Positions 15,766-23,824 of a DNA stretch of 27,637 nucleotides are shown piece by piece. The position numbers and the translations under genes were made by a program. How positions within the stretch are numbered: position 1 is the first letter of the stretch; the number at the start of each line of letters is the position of its first letter. The notes under the pieces were generated by a model. It was not told where the DNA came from. It saw nothing but the letters and a program-made list of their open reading frames with translations, and searched no databases. Where the stretch lies: positions 1-27,637 of IMG/VR virus record IMGVR_UViG_2854395284_000002. The stretch is one strand, 5' to 3'. The stretch is from a virus (taxonomy: Duplodnaviria; Heunggongvirae; Uroviricota; Caudoviricetes).

Positions 15766-16500
15766 TTATTCTCTTATCTCAAATAATTTTTCCACTGCTT
15801 TTACACGCTTGTTATTATCAATTGTTCTTTTTACTTCTTGTTCCCAAATACAATCCCATCCTGAAGGTGCTTTATGTTCACTAACCAGAACAATATTCTT
15901 TTCGCTCATTTTTTCCGCCCAATTCCAAAATCTATCATAATCAAAGTTTTTGCTTGTACCATATTGTTTTACTCCGCAATATGGAATATCACAGTAGAAT
16001 AAACAGTCAATTCTATCAGAATATAACTCTTCATAATCTCCGCATTGGAACAGAATATCTTTTAATCGTGGAATCTGTTCTAATAGGTTTCTTCTTGCTT
16101 CATCATAATAATTTCTTTCAGTTCCAGCTTTTGTACATACAACGCCTGAATATCCACCATCAAAGAATCGTCCGTTATAGCTCGCAAGAAATCCAACTGC
16201 TCCAATATACCAGCCAGGATATGTATTTAAGTCTTTGTTGAAGCATTCTCTTACTTTTGAGTAATGTTCTTTTGTAATAAAATCTGGAAGACTTTGAATC
16301 CGATTTAGATTCTTGAATATTTCTATAAGATATTTATGATTATCGGATGCAATTTTTGTATCACATTGAATCTTGTCAATGATATTGCATCCACCACAGA
16401 ACGGCTCTATATATGTTTTTATATCATAATCTTTTATTCTCTGCTGAATAATCGGAATTATATATTTCGATATTCGAGACTTTGATCCCATGTATTTCAT
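15766..16500 (-). CDS. D12-class (Dam-like) N6-adenine DNA methyltransferase
   Basis: KYMGSK, YIEPFCGG (SAM-binding motif I) and FYCDIPY (DPPY variant). Confidence 0.9.
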   Translation of the reverse strand: MKYMGSKSRISKYIIPIIQQRIKDYDIKTYIEPFCGGCNIIDKIQCDTKIASDNHKYLIEIFKNLNRIQSLPDFITKEHYSKVRECFNKDLNTYPGWYIGAVGFLASYNGRFFDGGYSGVVCTKAGTERNYYDEARRNLLEQIPRLKDILFQCGDYEELYSDRIDCLFYCDIPYCGVKQYGTSKNFDYDRFWNWAEKMSEKNIVLVSEHKAPSGWDCIWEQEVKRTIDNNKRVKAVEKLFEIRE

Positions 16501-16680
16501 TAACAACTATTAAGAGCAAAGAATTCTTTAATGTACGTACAAATCTCATACTCCTTTCGTTAAGTTTTCTTAATAAAAATTCAATTTCATAACTAGATGT
16601 TTGCAACCATCTAATATATTATTCTCTTGTCCAATTGGAAATTTCGAGCAGAAACGCTCTAAGAAGTTATTTTAAAATTA

Positions 16681-16983
16681 CTATTTGATATCTCCATTCA
16701 TCTTTGCATTGAAGATAGCTTTCAGATATTCTTGTGGATTATCTTTTGCAGCCTGGAATCCTCTTTTCTGTCTCTGAATATCATCTAGTACGGGCTTATA
16801 CTTTGGACTATTGCCTACTTCATTCCTATATTTTTGCACCTCTTCACGAGTTACAATTTCTTTGTCCACTAGAATTCGCAACACTACTTGTACATCAACC
16901 AATGCTTTCATAATAGTTTCCTGCATCTGTAATTCATGCAAGGCTTCGTCTGGTTTATAATAAGAATCATTGCTTACCGCCAA
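16681..16983 (-). CDS. Hypothetical protein
   Basis: GGAGG RBS; 100 aa. Confidence 0.65.
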   Translation of the reverse strand: MAVSNDSYYKPDEALHELQMQETIMKALVDVQVVLRILVDKEIVTREEVQKYRNEVGNSPKYKPVLDDIQRQKRGFQAAKDNPQEYLKAIFNAKMNGDIK

Positions 16984-17203
16984 TATTTTTACCTCCTAGA
17001 TTATCTAACTCTTCTTCGACTAATGCGTTAATCTTCCTCCAACAAGGAATGCATATATGATATAGTTGCCCATGTAGACGACACGATCTAAGATATACAA
17101 TCATATCATCATTTAGTTCTCTGTCACATACCTTACACATACAACCCTTTTTTGCGTGTCGTATTTCTACTTCATTAAGATTACCAATAAAACTTCTGTC
17201 CAT
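16967..17203 (-). CDS. Zn-finger hypothetical protein
   Basis: GGAAGG precedes ATG 17203; CKVC...CIPC. Confidence 0.6.
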   Translation of the reverse strand: MDRSFIGNLNEVEIRHAKKGCMCKVCDRELNDDMIVYLRSCRLHGQLYHICIPCWRKINALVEEELDNLGGKNIGGKQ

Positions 17204-17217
17204 TTTTATTTTCCTTC

Positions 17218-17400
17218 TTACTCCACATAATCCGTGAATTCTTTGCCACAGCATAAGCATTTGACGGTCTGGCATTCTACAATACCACTTGGCAAGAATT
17301 TATATACAAACTGTTCACCGGCTGTTGCATGTGACACACATCCATTTTCTTGATGTCTTTTACACCAATTGTCTATTCTCTTACTTGTCTCAAATGTCAT
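17218..17400 (-). CDS. Small Cys-rich hypothetical protein
   Basis: GGAGG RBS; KCLCCGKE. Confidence 0.6.
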   Translation of the reverse strand: MTFETSKRIDNWCKRHQENGCVSHATAGEQFVYKFLPSGIVECQTVKCLCCGKEFTDYVE

Positions 17401-17404
17401 TATC

Positions 17405-17533
17405 TTACCTCCTGTTTGTTAATAGAATACAATCTCCAATGTAAAATAAGGCAATCATCATAAAATTCATATCTGTAACCTTTGCTCCACTGCCATAACA
17501 AAACATCATAAACATAAACCAAAGTATACTCAT
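17405..17533 (-). CDS. 42-aa hydrophobic (two-TM) protein, not in the ORF track
   Basis: AGAGG then ATG 17533; MSILWFMFMMFCYGSGAKVTDMNFMMIALFYIGDCILLTNRR. Fills the gap exactly. Confidence 0.55.
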   Translation of the reverse strand: MSILWFMFMMFCYGSGAKVTDMNFMMIALFYIGDCILLTNRR

Positions 17534-17534
17534 A

Positions 17535-17741
17535 TTAACCCTCTTCTAAATCTTTCAAATTAATCCAACCTAAATCATCAGGTACTTTCCAAACTTTGAT
17601 TAATCTTTCATTTATATACCAACACTTATCACACTTCCATTTCCATGTAATATCATGATCTGGATGACCAAAGCTTATGTAAAAATTTTTGTATTCTTTT
17701 TTGCAACAGTCACATTTTTCATGTGTAATAATTCGACTCAT
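17535..17741 (-). CDS. Zn-ribbon hypothetical protein
   Basis: GAGGTG precedes ATG 17741; CDCC...CDKC. Confidence 0.6.
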   Translation of the reverse strand: MSRIITHEKCDCCKKEYKNFYISFGHPDHDITWKWKCDKCWYINERLIKVWKVPDDLGWINLKDLEEG

Positions 17742-17773
17742 GCTCCACCTCTCATTGAAAAACATATTTCATG

Positions 17774-18046
17774 CTATTTGCTTATATACAAACTACCATC
17801 AGCCTTTAATCTTGGATTTATTGCAGTACCAATCCCTTTCTGATAAAGTTCACCAGACACGACAATATAATTTACTCCTGTCTCTTCGTCTACAAGCTGA
17901 TAAGTTTCCATCTTTCCATTTTGATTCTCAAACCATATTTTTAATGGTTTATCTTGTTTTGCTTCGACAGAAGTTCCACATGCTCCAATAACAAATCCAC
18001 ACAATACAAAACCTGTTGCAAATATTAAACCTTTAATTTTCTTCAT
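17774..18046 (-). CDS. Exported/lipoprotein, DUF6440-like
   Basis: Hydrophobic N-terminus ending GAC; VDEETGVNYIV...INPRLKADG. Confidence 0.65.
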   Translation of the reverse strand: MKKIKGLIFATGFVLCGFVIGACGTSVEAKQDKPLKIWFENQNGKMETYQLVDEETGVNYIVVSGELYQKGIGTAINPRLKADGSLYISK

Positions 18047-18049
18047 CTT

Positions 18050-18247
18050 TTACCTCGCATTTCTTTTACAGTACTTAATAATATTATCTTTACATTTGTC
18101 ACAAATTCTTACTTTATAATTTCTTTCTGTTCTTATAGGCACTCCTACAGGATAGTCCCATCCATTCCAATCGGAACAATCTAGTGTAATTCCATTACTT
18201 TTAGATATTTCTTTTCTGCAAATATCACACACTTCAATTACTGCCAT
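18050..18247 (-). CDS. Zn-finger hypothetical protein
   Basis: CDIC...ICDKC. Confidence 0.6.
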   Translation of the reverse strand: MAVIEVCDICRKEISKSNGITLDCSDWNGWDYPVGVPIRTERNYKVRICDKCKDNIIKYCKRNAR

Positions 18248-18250
18248 TTA

Positions 18251-18432
18251 CTACAATTCCTCCACCTCTTCATCAGAAATCTCTTTATATTCTACTTCAT
18301 ATCCTAGATATTTCAGGAGATCAATCTAATCATCATAATCAATTCTATATCCCTTTCTGAAAAATCCTCATAGTGAAGAACTATATAGTCATCGGATTCA
18401 TTTGTTGCAATCTGAATTTTATTACTTTCCAT
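18251..18432 (-). pseudogene. Disrupted ~60-aa gene (frameshift plus in-frame TAG)
   Basis: GAGGTG then ATG 18432 (MESNKIQIATNESDD...). The -1 frame continues GYRIDYDD*IDLLKYLGYEVEYKEISDEEVEEL to TAG 18251. Confidence 0.55.
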
Positions 18433-18444
18433 AATTCTCACCTC

Positions 18445-18822
18445 TCAATCGTATGGCATCCATTCTGGATCTCTATATACTTCTTCATTTTCACAATACA
18501 CTTCATCCATATCAAAATAACCATCACATCCAGATAAAGCCCATGATAAACAATTTATCATTTTCATTACTTCTGATTTATTGAATACTGCAAATAATTG
18601 ATTCTTGTCATAGTCTGCAATAATATTCAAATCATCAGTAGACCAATTTGTTTGTCTATTTATATCTTTTTCTGTACTATAATTATGTGTTGGAATTATA
18701 TTTAAATTGCAATTATTTCCAACTTTAATATGCAAATTTTCATTTATAAATTCAGATACATACTCTGCATATACGGTTCCACTAGGCTCTTTTAACAATT
18801 GTTCTTTTGTCAAAATTCTCAT
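18445..18822 (-). CDS. Hypothetical protein
   Basis: GAGGTG RBS; 125 aa. Confidence 0.65.
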   Translation of the reverse strand: MRILTKEQLLKEPSGTVYAEYVSEFINENLHIKVGNNCNLNIIPTHNYSTEKDINRQTNWSTDDLNIIADYDKNQLFAVFNKSEVMKMINCLSWALSGCDGYFDMDEVYCENEEVYRDPEWMPYD

Positions 18823-18826
18823 GTTC

Positions 18827-19102
18827 TCACCTCATTTCTACTTCACCAAATTGCATTGTATTATCACAAAAAGTCTTCATCGCACAATACGTCCCGCACA
18901 AACCATTTGACTGAGCACCTGTTAATCCGTCACAAGAAAGTCCAATTATGTTTACTAATTCGTCAATTGTATCTTCATTCATAAACAAATATGGTTTATA
19001 TCCGTTCTCAAGTTTATAAGTGTGAATCTTTTCATTTAGTTTCATAAAATCAAATTTTTTAGTTGTAATTGTAAATCTATCAGGTTTCATAGCTTTACTC
19101 AC
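18827..19102 (-). CDS. Hypothetical protein
   Basis: Packed ORF with GAGGTG; the start may be ATG 19090. Confidence 0.6.
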   Translation of the reverse strand: MSKAMKPDRFTITTKKFDFMKLNEKIHTYKLENGYKPYLFMNEDTIDELVNIIGLSCDGLTGAQSNGLCGTYCAMKTFCDNTMQFGEVEMR

Positions 19103-19115
19103 CTCGTTCCTGTTT

Positions 19116-19397
19116 TTACAAAAAATAAACGAATGATACCAAATAATGCAAAACTTGATCAGTTACATATGATATTTTTTGATATCTCGCCTTTAGCGGA
19201 TCAATAATACAGTGTGTCAAAAAAACAACTCCAAGCTGCCAGGTTAATCCAAATGCAAGGTAAAATGGTAAACAATACAACGCACAATGTACGAATAAAT
19301 GATACCAATTACTTCCTTTAGTCTTTGCAATAAAGTCACTTTGTAAAACATAATCACCAACCAAATGACAAAACACTAATAAAATTACCTTATTCAT
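19116..19397 (-). CDS. DUF3307-like membrane protein
   Basis: HLVGDYVLQSDFIAKTK...H..LY...H..ID..K...DQVLH pattern. Confidence 0.75.
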   Translation of the reverse strand: MNKVILLVFCHLVGDYVLQSDFIAKTKGSNWYHLFVHCALYCLPFYLAFGLTWQLGVVFLTHCIIDPLKARYQKISYVTDQVLHYLVSFVYFL

Positions 19398-19653
19398 ATA
19401 TCCCATCCTTTACTTTAACAGGACAGTTATGTGCATCATAATAATTAACAATCTTATTCTCTTTCATGTCAATTTTTACATAAGCACTTGCATGTGGAAA
19501 TCCACCATCAAATCCTTTTACATACATATAATCATCTACAGTTTTAGTTCCAACAATCTGAAGATAGTTTTCTTTAAACCATTTTCCCGAAATATTTTCT
19601 GCATATTCTTTGAAAATATCGTGATAATTATAATCTTCGTGCATACCAATCAT
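19390..19653 (-). CDS. Hypothetical protein
   Basis: AAGGAG RBS; 87 aa. Confidence 0.6.
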   Translation of the reverse strand: MIGMHEDYNYHDIFKEYAENISGKWFKENYLQIVGTKTVDDYMYVKGFDGGFPHASAYVKIDMKENKIVNYYDAHNCPVKVKDGIYE

Positions 19654-19694
19654 ATTATTATCTCCTTAAATTCTCCAATGAAAGAGTGATTTCG

Positions 19695-19841
19695 TTATTC
19701 TTTCTCTAACACCATAATTGCTTTGTAATATTTGCTATTACACGAACTGGCTTCGATTTTATATCCCTCAGATAAATATTCATTCATTTTGTTTTCAAAG
19801 TCTGTCTTATTTTCTATCTCTAAAATAATACATTTTTTCAT
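19695..19841 (-). CDS. 48-aa hypothetical protein
   Basis: GAGGT precedes ATG 19841 (MKKCIILE...). The longer start in the ORF track lacks an RBS. Confidence 0.5.
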   Translation of the reverse strand: MKKCIILEIENKTDFENKMNEYLSEGYKIEASSCNSKYYKAIMVLEKE

Positions 19842-20018
19842 AACAGTTACCTCTTTTATCTCGATCCGTTTGCATCTACTTGTCAGCATTGAAGCTATTA
19901 CCATCCCATGAATTATAGCTTGTTTGCATTCTTGATTATCTTTGAACACTGTTGCATCAATTATCTATCATATTCTTCCGTCATCCCTATGTATAAGCAA
20001 GCCAATGAGTAAGGTAAA

Positions 20019-20219
20019 TTATCCATCACTTAATTTCCTTCCACATATAGGACAATAATTAATTTTAATATTACATGTATAATAATCATCGTCACATTTA
20101 TGCCAGATACAATAGATATTATTTATGTTGTCATATGTAATACAATTGATAAACCCTTCTCTGTTAATTGGATGAGTTGCATTCAATTCTAATTCAAGCC
20201 CATCGCAAAATTCACACAT
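20019..20219 (-). CDS. Zn-finger protein (MCEFC...YCPICGRKL)
   Basis: GAAAGG RBS; terminal CxxC pairs. Confidence 0.65.
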   Translation of the reverse strand: MCEFCDGLELELNATHPINREGFINCITYDNINNIYCIWHKCDDDYYTCNIKINYCPICGRKLSDG

Positions 20220-20338
20220 TTATTTTTAATCCTTTCTGTTAATGGCTGTTCTACCCTTGAGATGCTGCTATTAGGCTCACATGGTAGATAACTATTTAAA
20301 CTACACTGTTATACCATCACTCAATTGAAATCGACATT

Positions 20339-20923
20339 TCATGCTCGTATTACTCTACAAATACGCTCATATTTGGCGTAAATTTTTCCGTTTTGTTCGT
20401 TAGAATACTTTTTTACCAACTCTTTCATTTTCTCGTTAATGTCTTCCTTATTTACGTCAATTTCATAAGCATATATACATGTTTCGTCATCATATACTTC
20501 TTTCATAACTCGAATAAGGTCTACGATTTCAGTCTCTATTTCTTTTTTCTCATGGTCTTTCTTCCACTGTTTAAGGATTTCAATAACTTGTTCAGGTTTA
20601 TCTTTTCGGAAATCTTGACACGTTATCTTCCCTTTTACTTTACCAATAGGACATCCATTAAGGCATTTATGTTCGCAACAAATTTCGCCTAAAATCTTAG
20701 TTGCTTCCGCTGCTGTCAATTCGTCTAATAGTTCGAATTCTGATTCAAAACCAATTCTCCAAACATGTTCATCGCCACAATCTACGTTAAAACCGTCTTG
20801 GTAACAAGTAAGACCATCTGTAGAAGGTCTATTAGTAATAATACCAATTTTTCCTTCTGCGCCATAACAACCAGTAGTTGCTCTGACAATTTTAATTTTA
20901 TCTCCAACTTTATATTTCATCAT
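20339..20923 (-). CDS. Hypothetical protein
   Basis: GGAAGGA RBS; MKYKVGDKIKI N-terminus typical of phage accessory proteins. Confidence 0.65.
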   Translation of the reverse strand: MMKYKVGDKIKIVRATTGCYGAEGKIGIITNRPSTDGLTCYQDGFNVDCGDEHVWRIGFESEFELLDELTAAEATKILGEICCEHKCLNGCPIGKVKGKITCQDFRKDKPEQVIEILKQWKKDHEKKEIETEIVDLIRVMKEVYDDETCIYAYEIDVNKEDINEKMKELVKKYSNEQNGKIYAKYERICRVIRA

Positions 20924-20940
20924 TCTTTTTCCTTCCTTTA

Positions 20941-21384
20941 TTATCTTTGCGTTTTTTCATTTTCATCTTCCAACAGTTCAGGATTGTCAAATATGTTGCC
21001 TACAGTATGGAAACCATCTAAATCCGCCCAATATCCCAAGTCTTTTCCGAGAAACTTAATATTGTTCCACTTAATTGCGAAGCATCCGTTTTCATACACA
21101 ACTGTTCCCTTATACCATCCAACCTGAACAATATCTCCCTCAAAGATTTTCTTTCCGATCTTGTCGGTCAGCCCTGTGTACTGGCAAACTGTATTCGGGT
21201 CAACATCATAAAAACCAATGCCTTCAATGTCCCATTCGTCACAAGCCATTCCATTATACTCGGCAATCACCAAATCACCGACAAAAACGTGCCTAGGTTT
21301 TTGATAACCATCGTCAAACAAATATCCATCTACCCATTCACCATTATCGACACGTTTCCCTCTAAAAAGTATTTCTCTATTCAT
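20941..21384 (-). CDS. YopX-family protein
   Basis: MNREILFRGKR..NGEWV.G, CQYTGLTDK.GKKIFEGDI and VGNIFDNPELL. Confidence 0.9.
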   Translation of the reverse strand: MNREILFRGKRVDNGEWVDGYLFDDGYQKPRHVFVGDLVIAEYNGMACDEWDIEGIGFYDVDPNTVCQYTGLTDKIGKKIFEGDIVQVGWYKGTVVYENGCFAIKWNNIKFLGKDLGYWADLDGFHTVGNIFDNPELLEDENEKTQR

Positions 21385-21492
21385 AATCTTCTACTGTCTC
21401 CATTTTTTTTCAGATCCTCAATAAATCAAGATTCATTAATTATCTTTCATGAATTTCTCTAGATTTAAACACATACACTTAATTAAGATACT

Positions 21493-21954
21493 TTATGCTT
21501 CCATATAATTAAATTTGACAATATCCATAGAATCATCCATCCCTTTTTGACTAAGCAGATCGAGAAGATTAGTTCCAAAATGATCATCTTGAATGAAAAT
21601 CTGTTTTACACCATATCTGGAACACATTTCTATAATAATATCTGCTGCAGCGTCTGTTTTAGAACACCATTTTGAATATACGATTTCAGCTTGCGGTGCA
21701 GACACTGCAATTTGAATATTATTTTTATTTATATTAACATAAAGTGTATTATCCATATTTGTGCCAAGCTTTTTACGATTTTCAATGCGTTTCAATCTTT
21801 CGCGCTCTTTTGGCGAAATTTCATCATCAATAATTATATCTTCTAAATCTAATAAACATTGTTTAAACCATCTAGAATCATCTCCCGCTGCTGGATTATA
21901 TGTTTGCAATTTCTGAATAATCTCTAATGCTTTATTTTCTAATTCTTTATTCAT
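21493..21954 (-). CDS. Hypothetical protein
   Basis: AAAGGA RBS; 153 aa. Confidence 0.65.
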   Translation of the reverse strand: MNKELENKALEIIQKLQTYNPAAGDDSRWFKQCLLDLEDIIIDDEISPKERERLKRIENRKKLGTNMDNTLYVNINKNNIQIAVSAPQAEIVYSKWCSKTDAAADIIIEMCSRYGVKQIFIQDDHFGTNLLDLLSQKGMDDSMDIVKFNYMEA

Positions 21955-21985
21955 CTTTTAGTTTCTTCCTTTCAATTTTTCTATA

Positions 21986-22143
21986 ATATGTGGGTATGGA
22001 TTTTCACCATACATAGCTACTCACACCCTTCTGCCTAATCAGACCCAGTATCATCAGCTATTTCACTGTTTCAGATACCGACGGAATTGAACCGTTAGAG
22101 CAACCTATCTGTCATTAGCGTCTACATATTCCGCCACCACACA
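21986..22143 (-). ncRNA. tRNA-shaped RNA with a ~105-nt insert replacing the anticodon and variable arms
   Basis: Acceptor TGTGTGG/CCACATA, class-II-like D arm TGGCGGAATATGTAGACGC, T arm GTATGG-TGAAAAT-CCATAC; no encoded CCA. Confidence 0.6.
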
Positions 22144-22147
22144 TTAT

Positions 22148-22339
22148 TTATTTTAATTCATAACATGAACAAAATATTCTTGGTAAATACTCGACAAACC
22201 AATCTTCTATAATTTTATCTTTCACTTTGCATACATAGTAGTCTGGTGTATACATGTCCTTTGGCATTACAAGCACATTATATTTACAGTATTTACATCG
22301 TCTATGTCTTTTTCTATAGTCAACAATTTTCTTTTCCAT
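22148..22339 (-). CDS. Small Cys-rich basic protein
   Basis: CKYCKY...CKVK...FCSC. Confidence 0.6.
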   Translation of the reverse strand: MEKKIVDYRKRHRRCKYCKYNVLVMPKDMYTPDYYVCKVKDKIIEDWFVEYLPRIFCSCYELK

Positions 22340-22348
22340 AACGATATC

Positions 22349-22527
22349 TCATTCTTTCGTCAATTTTCTTCCGCACCATGGACAATAATTGATATATTCT
22401 TTATCATGAAAAAACCATCATCATAACTATCACATACCATCGTTTCGATATCCAAATAATATTCATTAGTCAGTGGATCGATAAAAATTCGATTATCATC
22501 AGATTCATAGTTACAATATCTGCACAT
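22349..22527 (-). pseudogene. Frameshifted Zn-finger gene (paralog-like of 20019-20219)
   Basis: MCRYC... in frame 0 and YCPWCGRKL in the -1 frame after the T6 run at 22409-22414. Confidence 0.6.
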
Positions 22528-22542
22528 TACATAATCACTTCC

Positions 22543-23316
22543 TTATAATAGTCTAATAATTTGTTCATATAAGCAAATATCTTTGTCATTAATAGCTTTA
22601 TTAATATGCATATGCCCAAACAAATGTCTTTTATATTTTGTCGTAACTTTTATATCTTCTAGATAATTTGTAAGGACATCTGGTTCATATAAGTTATTAC
22701 CACTCATAAGATATAATTCTGACGTCGAAGGACTGTGGGTGATAATAAAATCGACCATATTGTTATTCTCTTTTAATACATTGATTCCATGCTGCATTTC
22801 CTCATCAGTTGGCAATTCCTCTTCCCACCAAGATAAATTCTTAACACGATACATATATTTACCTTGTTTATCAAGTTTCTTTGCTTTTTCCTGCCAATTA
22901 GAATCATTGTAATCAAGAATGCCATCTTGAATATCATGGCTGCTTGCCCCACCAAAAGCGAAGAACTTTGTTTCATCAATTGTAAATACTTCTCCCCGTA
23001 TAAGATGTAATACATGGGTTCTTATCTCATGTACTTTGCCGCCATGCCATTCTTTTATAGGATAAGTTGAAAGTCTTTTGTGATTTTCATGATTCCCATC
23101 TACAAATACTGTTGTAAACGGTTTTTTGTTAAGCCAATCTAACCAGTACTTTTCTTGTTTACTTTCCTTATCTCTATTCCAAACAAGACCGAAATCTCCA
23201 AGAATAATAACTACATTTTCATCTTTGTTATTAAAAAAATCCTTTTGTTCGTAGAAACTATTTTTACTTAACCTGGTAGGATCTCCATGTATATCACCAG
23301 TCACATATACTGCCAT
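22543..23316 (-). CDS. Calcineurin-like metallophosphoesterase
   Basis: GDIHG, GDFG, GNHE, THS and FGHMH motifs. Confidence 0.9.
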   Translation of the reverse strand: MAVYVTGDIHGDPTRLSKNSFYEQKDFFNNKDENVVIILGDFGLVWNRDKESKQEKYWLDWLNKKPFTTVFVDGNHENHKRLSTYPIKEWHGGKVHEIRTHVLHLIRGEVFTIDETKFFAFGGASSHDIQDGILDYNDSNWQEKAKKLDKQGKYMYRVKNLSWWEEELPTDEEMQHGINVLKENNNMVDFIITHSPSTSELYLMSGNNLYEPDVLTNYLEDIKVTTKYKRHLFGHMHINKAINDKDICLYEQIIRLL

Positions 23317-23353
23317 AGCTCATCAGCCTTCCATCTTTTATCATCCTGACAAA

Positions 23354-23812
23354 TTATTCTTTATCTTCTCTTGCTCTCCATGCTTCCAGAACTGTCAATA
23401 ATCTTTGTCCTTTTTTAGTTAACCAGCATCCACCAATACTACTCCCATGTGTTGTAAAATCTTTGTCATCAAGAATATACATCATGAATTGTAACAGACC
23501 ATATTGAATGTCGTTATTATAATCAAGCAAAAGATCATTTTTGTATCTATCAATAACCTCCTGATAATCAATTTTTGATATTACAAATTCGTTTCGTATA
23601 TTTAGATATCTTCTTATCGTCTCATATGTAAATTCTGGATTTCCACATCCGCATAGACCCAATTCTTCGTGCATGTAAAAATCTAGCAGTGGATCGATAA
23701 GACTTTCTTCGTACCATTCTTTTCTATATCCCTTTATGACATCGTTGTTATATGCGATATTAGATTCTGGATAATTGTCTACAATGTATTCCGCTATTTC
23801 ACTTAACTTCAT
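23354..23812 (-). CDS. Hypothetical phage protein (CGCG; HGSSIGGCWLT.KG)
   Basis: GGAG RBS; 152 aa. Confidence 0.65.
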   Translation of the reverse strand: MKLSEIAEYIVDNYPESNIAYNNDVIKGYRKEWYEESLIDPLLDFYMHEELGLCGCGNPEFTYETIRRYLNIRNEFVISKIDYQEVIDRYKNDLLLDYNNDIQYGLLQFMMYILDDKDFTTHGSSIGGCWLTKKGQRLLTVLEAWRAREDKE

Positions 23813-23824
23813 ATTTTTATTCTC

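Noticed and set aside
18326-18328. In-frame TAG as a sign of stop-codon reassignment
   Set aside because: TAG terminates several clear genes (e.g. 104, 8090, 13091), and the long genes are intact under the standard code.
20260-20305. TTAAATAG and CATGTGAGCC resemble pistol or hatchet ribozyme segments
   Set aside because: The required P1 and pseudoknot pairings could not be built.
21385-21492. Possible decayed ORF remnants here and at 19850-20010
   Set aside because: Multiple stops in all frames; no coherent protein can be reconstructed.
21493-21954. C-terminal half faintly resembles a terminase RNase-H-like domain (IFIQDDHFG)
   Set aside because: The resemblance is too weak by eye, there is no ATPase part, and the genomic context is wrong.
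22040-22075. GAAAC...CTGATGA hammerhead-core words inside the tRNA-like RNA
   Set aside because: Only 10 nt separate GAAAC from CTGATGA, too little for stems III and I plus the cleavage triplet.
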